Assembly (NCBI GenBank): GCA_900541575.1
Contig: UQKO01000005.1
Coordinates: 5,828-69,827 of the forward strand
DNA: 64,000 bases
From: an uncultured Prevotella sp.
Lineage (GTDB): Bacteria > Bacteroidota > Bacteroidia > Bacteroidales > Bacteroidaceae
Direction: 5' to 3'
Part shown: piece after piece, positions 60,287-64,000 of the stretch
Numbering within the stretch: position 1 is the first letter of the stretch
Layout: the number at the start of each line of letters is the position of its first letter
Notes under the pieces: generated by a model
What the model saw: only the letters and a program-made list of their open reading frames with translations
Told to the model about the DNA's origin: nothing
Database searches by the model: none
Translations under genes and position numbers: made by a program

Positions 60287-61834
60287 ATGAAATTTCCTCT
60301 TTTGAAGTGCCTATATTTTGTTCTATTTCTCGCAATATTTTCTTCTACTGTGCATGCAAACGAAGAAAAACGTAATTTTACACTCGTTATCGACGCTGGA
60401 CACGGAGGCCACGACGCTGGAGCGGTAGGTTCCTTTTCTAAAGAGAAGAATATCAATCTCAATGTAGCGCTCGCTTTTGGTCGCTTGGTAGAAAATAATT
60501 GTCCCGACGTAAAAGTCATCTACACTCGTCGTACCGATGTATTCATCCCCCTACAACGTCGCGCCGATATTGCCAATAACAACAAAGCCGACCTCTTCAT
60601 CTCCATTCACACCAATGCACTGCCCAATGGACGCATAGCCTACGGATCAGAAACCTACTCTTTAGGTATGGCTCGAGCTGGTGCCAATCTCGCTGTGGCC
60701 AAGCGTGAAAACTCCGTGATCACTCTCGAGAGCGACTACAAACGCACCTATCAGGGATTCGACCCCAACAAGGCTGAAAGCTACGTTATCTTCGAGATTA
60801 TGCAAGATCGGTATATGAAGCAAAGTGTAGACCTCGCTAGCTGCATTCAGCGCCAATACACTGCTGCAGGACGTCCCAACAAAGGAGTACACCAAGCTGG
60901 ATTCCTTGTTCTGCGTAATACGTCCATGCCCTCCGTTCTCACCGAGTTAGGCTTCATTACCACTCCTGCCGAAGAGGCTTATCTCAACTCTCAGCAAGGC
61001 ATTTCCGAACTAAGCCGCAGCATCTACAATGGCTTCCTCACCTATCGTCGCATGCACGAGAAATCTGCCCACGACATTCCTGCCAATCTGCCTATTTCCT
61101 CGCAAGCGAGTCCTTCGCAGCAACAGCCTACCATTCCCAAACAGCAAGATCTACCCTCAACAGTCCCTGTGCTAGCATCATCGTCCAATGAAGTGGCTGT
61201 AGTACCCGTTGCTGTTGTGCCCACCGCACAGATTACGAAAGGAGCTGGCAAAGGGAAGACTAGCCCAACCTCAGCGACTACACAAAAACAAGTCACCGAT
61301 ATAGCAAAGGCTGCCCCTAAACCAACAGAAAAGCCTATTACAAAAGCGTCTCCTAAGGTTGAAAAGAGCAAAACTTCAACTGAGAAGAGCAAAACTTCAA
61401 CTGAGAAGAGCAAAACTTCAACTGACAGAACAAAGGCTGTAGTCGAAAAGAAGAAAACAGAAGTTGAGAAGAAAAAGACAGAAGTCACCAACAATAAAAA
61501 AAACGTCTCCGACAAAGGGAAAGCAACAGACAAGAAGAAAAACGCTAACACCACAAGTAAGAAGACACAGGTAAGCTACCGCATACAGGTAGGAGCTGGG
61601 AAAACAGAAATTTCTACTTCCGACGCACAATTTAAGGGACTGAGCGTGATCCGCGTCAAAGAAGGTAGTCTCTACAAATACTACTACGGGAACTACCATT
61701 CACACGCTGAAGCACAAAAAGCACTTCGCACTGTCAAAGCCAAACTGAATGGTGCCTACATTGTGGCCTACATCAATGGAAAAGCTACCTCTGTGGCCGA
61801 AGCGAAAGCAAAAGAACATGAATCTAAAAAGTAA
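60287..61834 (+). CDS. N-acetylmuramoyl-L-alanine amidase (Amidase_3) with long linker and SPOR-like C-terminus
   Basis: IDAGHGG, EK..NL, SIHTN and VLTELGF motifs; YRIQVGA in the C-terminal domain. Confidence 0.93.
   Translation: MKFPLLKCLYFVLFLAIFSSTVHANEEKRNFTLVIDAGHGGHDAGAVGSFSKEKNINLNVALAFGRLVENNCPDVKVIYTRRTDVFIPLQRRADIANNNKADLFISIHTNALPNGRIAYGSETYSLGMARAGANLAVAKRENSVITLESDYKRTYQGFDPNKAESYVIFEIMQDRYMKQSVDLASCIQRQYTAAGRPNKGVHQAGFLVLRNTSMPSVLTELGFITTPAEEAYLNSQQGISELSRSIYNGFLTYRRMHEKSAHDIPANLPISSQASPSQQQPTIPKQQDLPSTVPVLASSSNEVAVVPVAVVPTAQITKGAGKGKTSPTSATTQKQVTDIAKAAPKPTEKPITKASPKVEKSKTSTEKSKTSTEKSKTSTDRTKAVVEKKKTEVEKKKTEVTNNKKNVSDKGKATDKKKNANTTSKKTQVSYRIQVGAGKTEISTSDAQFKGLSVIRVKEGSLYKYYYGNYHSHAEAQKALRTVKAKLNGAYIVAYINGKATSVAEAKAKEHESKK
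61361..61423 (+). repeat. In-frame 21-bp tandem repeat x3 (EKSKTST)
   Basis: GA(A/G)AAGAGCAAAACTTCAACT x3, followed by VEKKKTE x2. Confidence 0.9.
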
Positions 61835-61863
61835 GTACACTTACCTCACAACACCTACTGACA

Positions 61864-62781
61864 ATGAAGAAAGAAATTAAGATTGCACTGACTGCCATCG
61901 TGGCGCTCGTACTGCTTTTTATAGGACTCAACTTCCTAAAGGGCATCAACGTATTTAAGAGCACCAACACCTACTACGTAAAATTCAAGGACGTAGCAGG
62001 TTTGGCCGTTTCTAACCCTGTATATGCTAACGGCTATCCTGTGGGCATTGTGCGCACTATCAACTACGACTATCAACGCGGTGAAAACGTAGTGGTGGCC
62101 ATAGAACTCGACGATGATATGAGAGTGCCAGCTCAGACGCGTGCCGAGCTCGAAACGGAGCTAATGGGCGGCGTAAAGATGCTCCTCGTATTGGGTCCGA
62201 ATCCAGCAAAAAATATCGAACAAGGCGACACCATCCAAGGCGGAATGCACCTCGGAGCAATGGACAAGCTCAACGACATGATACCCACCGTAGAAAAGAT
62301 GCTTCCAAAGCTCGACTCTATCATGGATAATCTCAACCGCCTCACGGGCGACCCTGCCCTAGCAGCCACGCTACACAACGCACAAGCTATCACAGACAAC
62401 CTAAAAGAAAGTTCCATACAGCTCAATAGCATGATGCGCAAAGACCTTCCTCCCATGTTAGCCAATCTAAAGAGTGCAAGCGCCAATGCAAATCGTCTTA
62501 CGGCCAACCTCGCAGCCATTGATGTGCAAACCACCATCAATAGTGTAAATGCTACACTTACCAGTGCGCACAATCTTGCTAATCAGTTGGGAGAAATGTC
62601 AACAAACCTCGACCGCAAACTTAAAAGCAAGGACAACACGCTAGGTCTATTCCTCAACGATACCAACGTATACGACAATCTAAACTCTACGCTGCGCAAT
62701 GCCGATTCCTTGATGATAGACCTCAAGGCACATCCTAAGCGCTACGTGCATTTCTCAGTGTTCGGGAAGAAAGAGAAATAA
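61864..62781 (+). CDS. MlaD/MCE family protein
   Basis: N-terminal TM, GL..SNPVYANGYPVG.V, coiled coil, HPKRYVHFSVF. Confidence 0.92.
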   Translation: MKKEIKIALTAIVALVLLFIGLNFLKGINVFKSTNTYYVKFKDVAGLAVSNPVYANGYPVGIVRTINYDYQRGENVVVAIELDDDMRVPAQTRAELETELMGGVKMLLVLGPNPAKNIEQGDTIQGGMHLGAMDKLNDMIPTVEKMLPKLDSIMDNLNRLTGDPALAATLHNAQAITDNLKESSIQLNSMMRKDLPPMLANLKSASANANRLTANLAAIDVQTTINSVNATLTSAHNLANQLGEMSTNLDRKLKSKDNTLGLFLNDTNVYDNLNSTLRNADSLMIDLKAHPKRYVHFSVFGKKEK

Positions 62782-62880
62782 TAACGACAAAGCACATTTC
62801 CTCACACTTACTAAGCACATAGAGGCGCTCACAATTTACTCTAAACAAGTACGTTCTCCACTCTACAAGTTCCACAACAT

Positions 62881-63576
62881 ATGACAGACTACTTCTATAT
62901 AGATTCTAATGGTCAACAGCAAGGTCCCATCTCGCCGCTAAGTTTTACCGCATTGGGCATCACAGCGACCACTTTCGTATGGTGCAATGGAATGACCGAT
63001 TGGAAACGGGCTGGCGAACTTCCTGAACTGCATCTATACTTAGACAGGAACAACGAAAGCAAGGAGGAAAAATCGATAAGCGGAAGCACCACTCCTCCCC
63101 GTTTCAACCACGGAGAAGAAAAGCCCAATCCCTATGCTCACCATAAGGAATACAACTCGTCCAATGACAAGGGGACAACTTCCAGCAGGAATACAAGCTA
63201 CGAAGACTATTCCTTTGGCAGGCAAGTATGTCCCAACACCCATTTAGCAGCTGCCATTATCTGCACTGTAATATGGGGTGTGGTATGCTTTTCTCTTCCA
63301 GGAGTGATTGCAAGCATCATAGCCATCATAAAGGCGAGCAATGTGGAAACACGTTTCCGCGACGGTGACTATACGGGCGCCTTACGACAATCGAGAAGCG
63401 CACATAATTGGATTATTGGTTCCATCATTGTGGGCATAGTGGGTTGGTTGCTTTTGATATTAGGTTTCGTATTTATGGGCCTTACATTGGGTGCCATTGG
63501 CAGCCTTGCCGTTGGATGTAATTTCATTGACAATTTTATAGACATCCTGCCATTAATAGCCTACATCACTCTCTAA
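62881..63576 (+). CDS. GYF_2 (DUF4339) plus CD225/dispanin membrane protein
   Basis: YFY....QQQGP...VWCNGMTDWKRAGELPEL; V..R...GDY.GA..SR.A..W. Confidence 0.8.
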   Translation: MTDYFYIDSNGQQQGPISPLSFTALGITATTFVWCNGMTDWKRAGELPELHLYLDRNNESKEEKSISGSTTPPRFNHGEEKPNPYAHHKEYNSSNDKGTTSSRNTSYEDYSFGRQVCPNTHLAAAIICTVIWGVVCFSLPGVIASIIAIIKASNVETRFRDGDYTGALRQSRSAHNWIIGSIIVGIVGWLLLILGFVFMGLTLGAIGSLAVGCNFIDNFIDILPLIAYITL

Positions 63577-63740
63577 AACTTTCTCATACCCATAGAGGAG
63601 AACGAAGCCTAAAGGGGCACAACGTTCTCCTTTTTTCTTAGATATAAGATTTCATTTAGGAAGGTTCACTGCTTATAAGTATAGGAACACTCCATCCATC
63701 AAACCCACATACCTTCTCCATAAACATTCATTTTTTCTCT

Positions 63741-64000
63741 ATGCACACGTCCCTTTTCATGATAGCCACCCTTGCTATTTATTTTCTGATTTTGCTCTAT
63801 ATCTCTCAGCGTTCTCTCCGCAAGGGCGGTCGCGGCAACAATGCTTTTTTCCGCGCCGGTCGACAATCGTCTTGGTGGATGGTAGCCATCGGCATGATCG
63901 GTGCAAGTATCTCTGGGGTCACGTTCATTTCCGTACCAGGCTGGGCTCAAACCACTGGCATGACATATCTTCAAATGTGTATGGGATTTATTGTGGGCTA
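63741..64000 (+). CDS. Sodium:solute symporter (5' part, runs off the window)
   Basis: AFFRAGRQSSWWMVAIGMIGASISGVTFISVPG; not in ORF track. Confidence 0.88.
   Translation, partial: MHTSLFMIATLAIYFLILLYISQRSLRKGGRGNNAFFRAGRQSSWWMVAIGMIGASISGVTFISVPGWAQTTGMTYLQMCMGFIVG

Overview
Chromosomal window from a Bacteroidota genome, most likely Prevotellaceae (inferred from gene content, TAnnTTTG promoters and T9SS-type C-termini). Housekeeping content: FKBP PPIase, acyltransferase, NhaC, an 11-subunit nuoABCDHIJKLMN operon without nuoEFG, MFS sugar permease, RecD-like helicase, sppA-lpxK-PNP, xth, three tRNAs, folA/thyA, an RsmB/F-type methyltransferase, an amidase and MlaD. Accessory parts: (i) a small-protein/Sel1/TPR-retropepsin cluster; (ii) a 12 kb surface-uptake locus (TonB-dependent receptor, DUF4876-like lipoprotein, outer-membrane barrel, two gingipain-like C25/HEAT paralogues, papain-like protease, short HmuY-like lipoprotein); (iii) an IS4-like/IS66 debris field at 24.6-29.7 kb. 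Best candidates for new biology: (1) six consecutive nuo gene junctions each hold an element with opposed arrays of 8-nt repeats around a unique core, and one of them encloses a four-helix-bundle (IVS/Avd-like) gene inside a 36/40-bp inverted repeat; (2) an apparently split HmuY domain shared between the protease C-terminus and the adjacent lipoprotein; (3) a 73-bp repeat family whose boundaries coincide with the sigma-A -7 box; (4) a long structured leader RNA upstream of an LRR gene. All family assignments are by eye from motifs; no database searches or folding programs were run.
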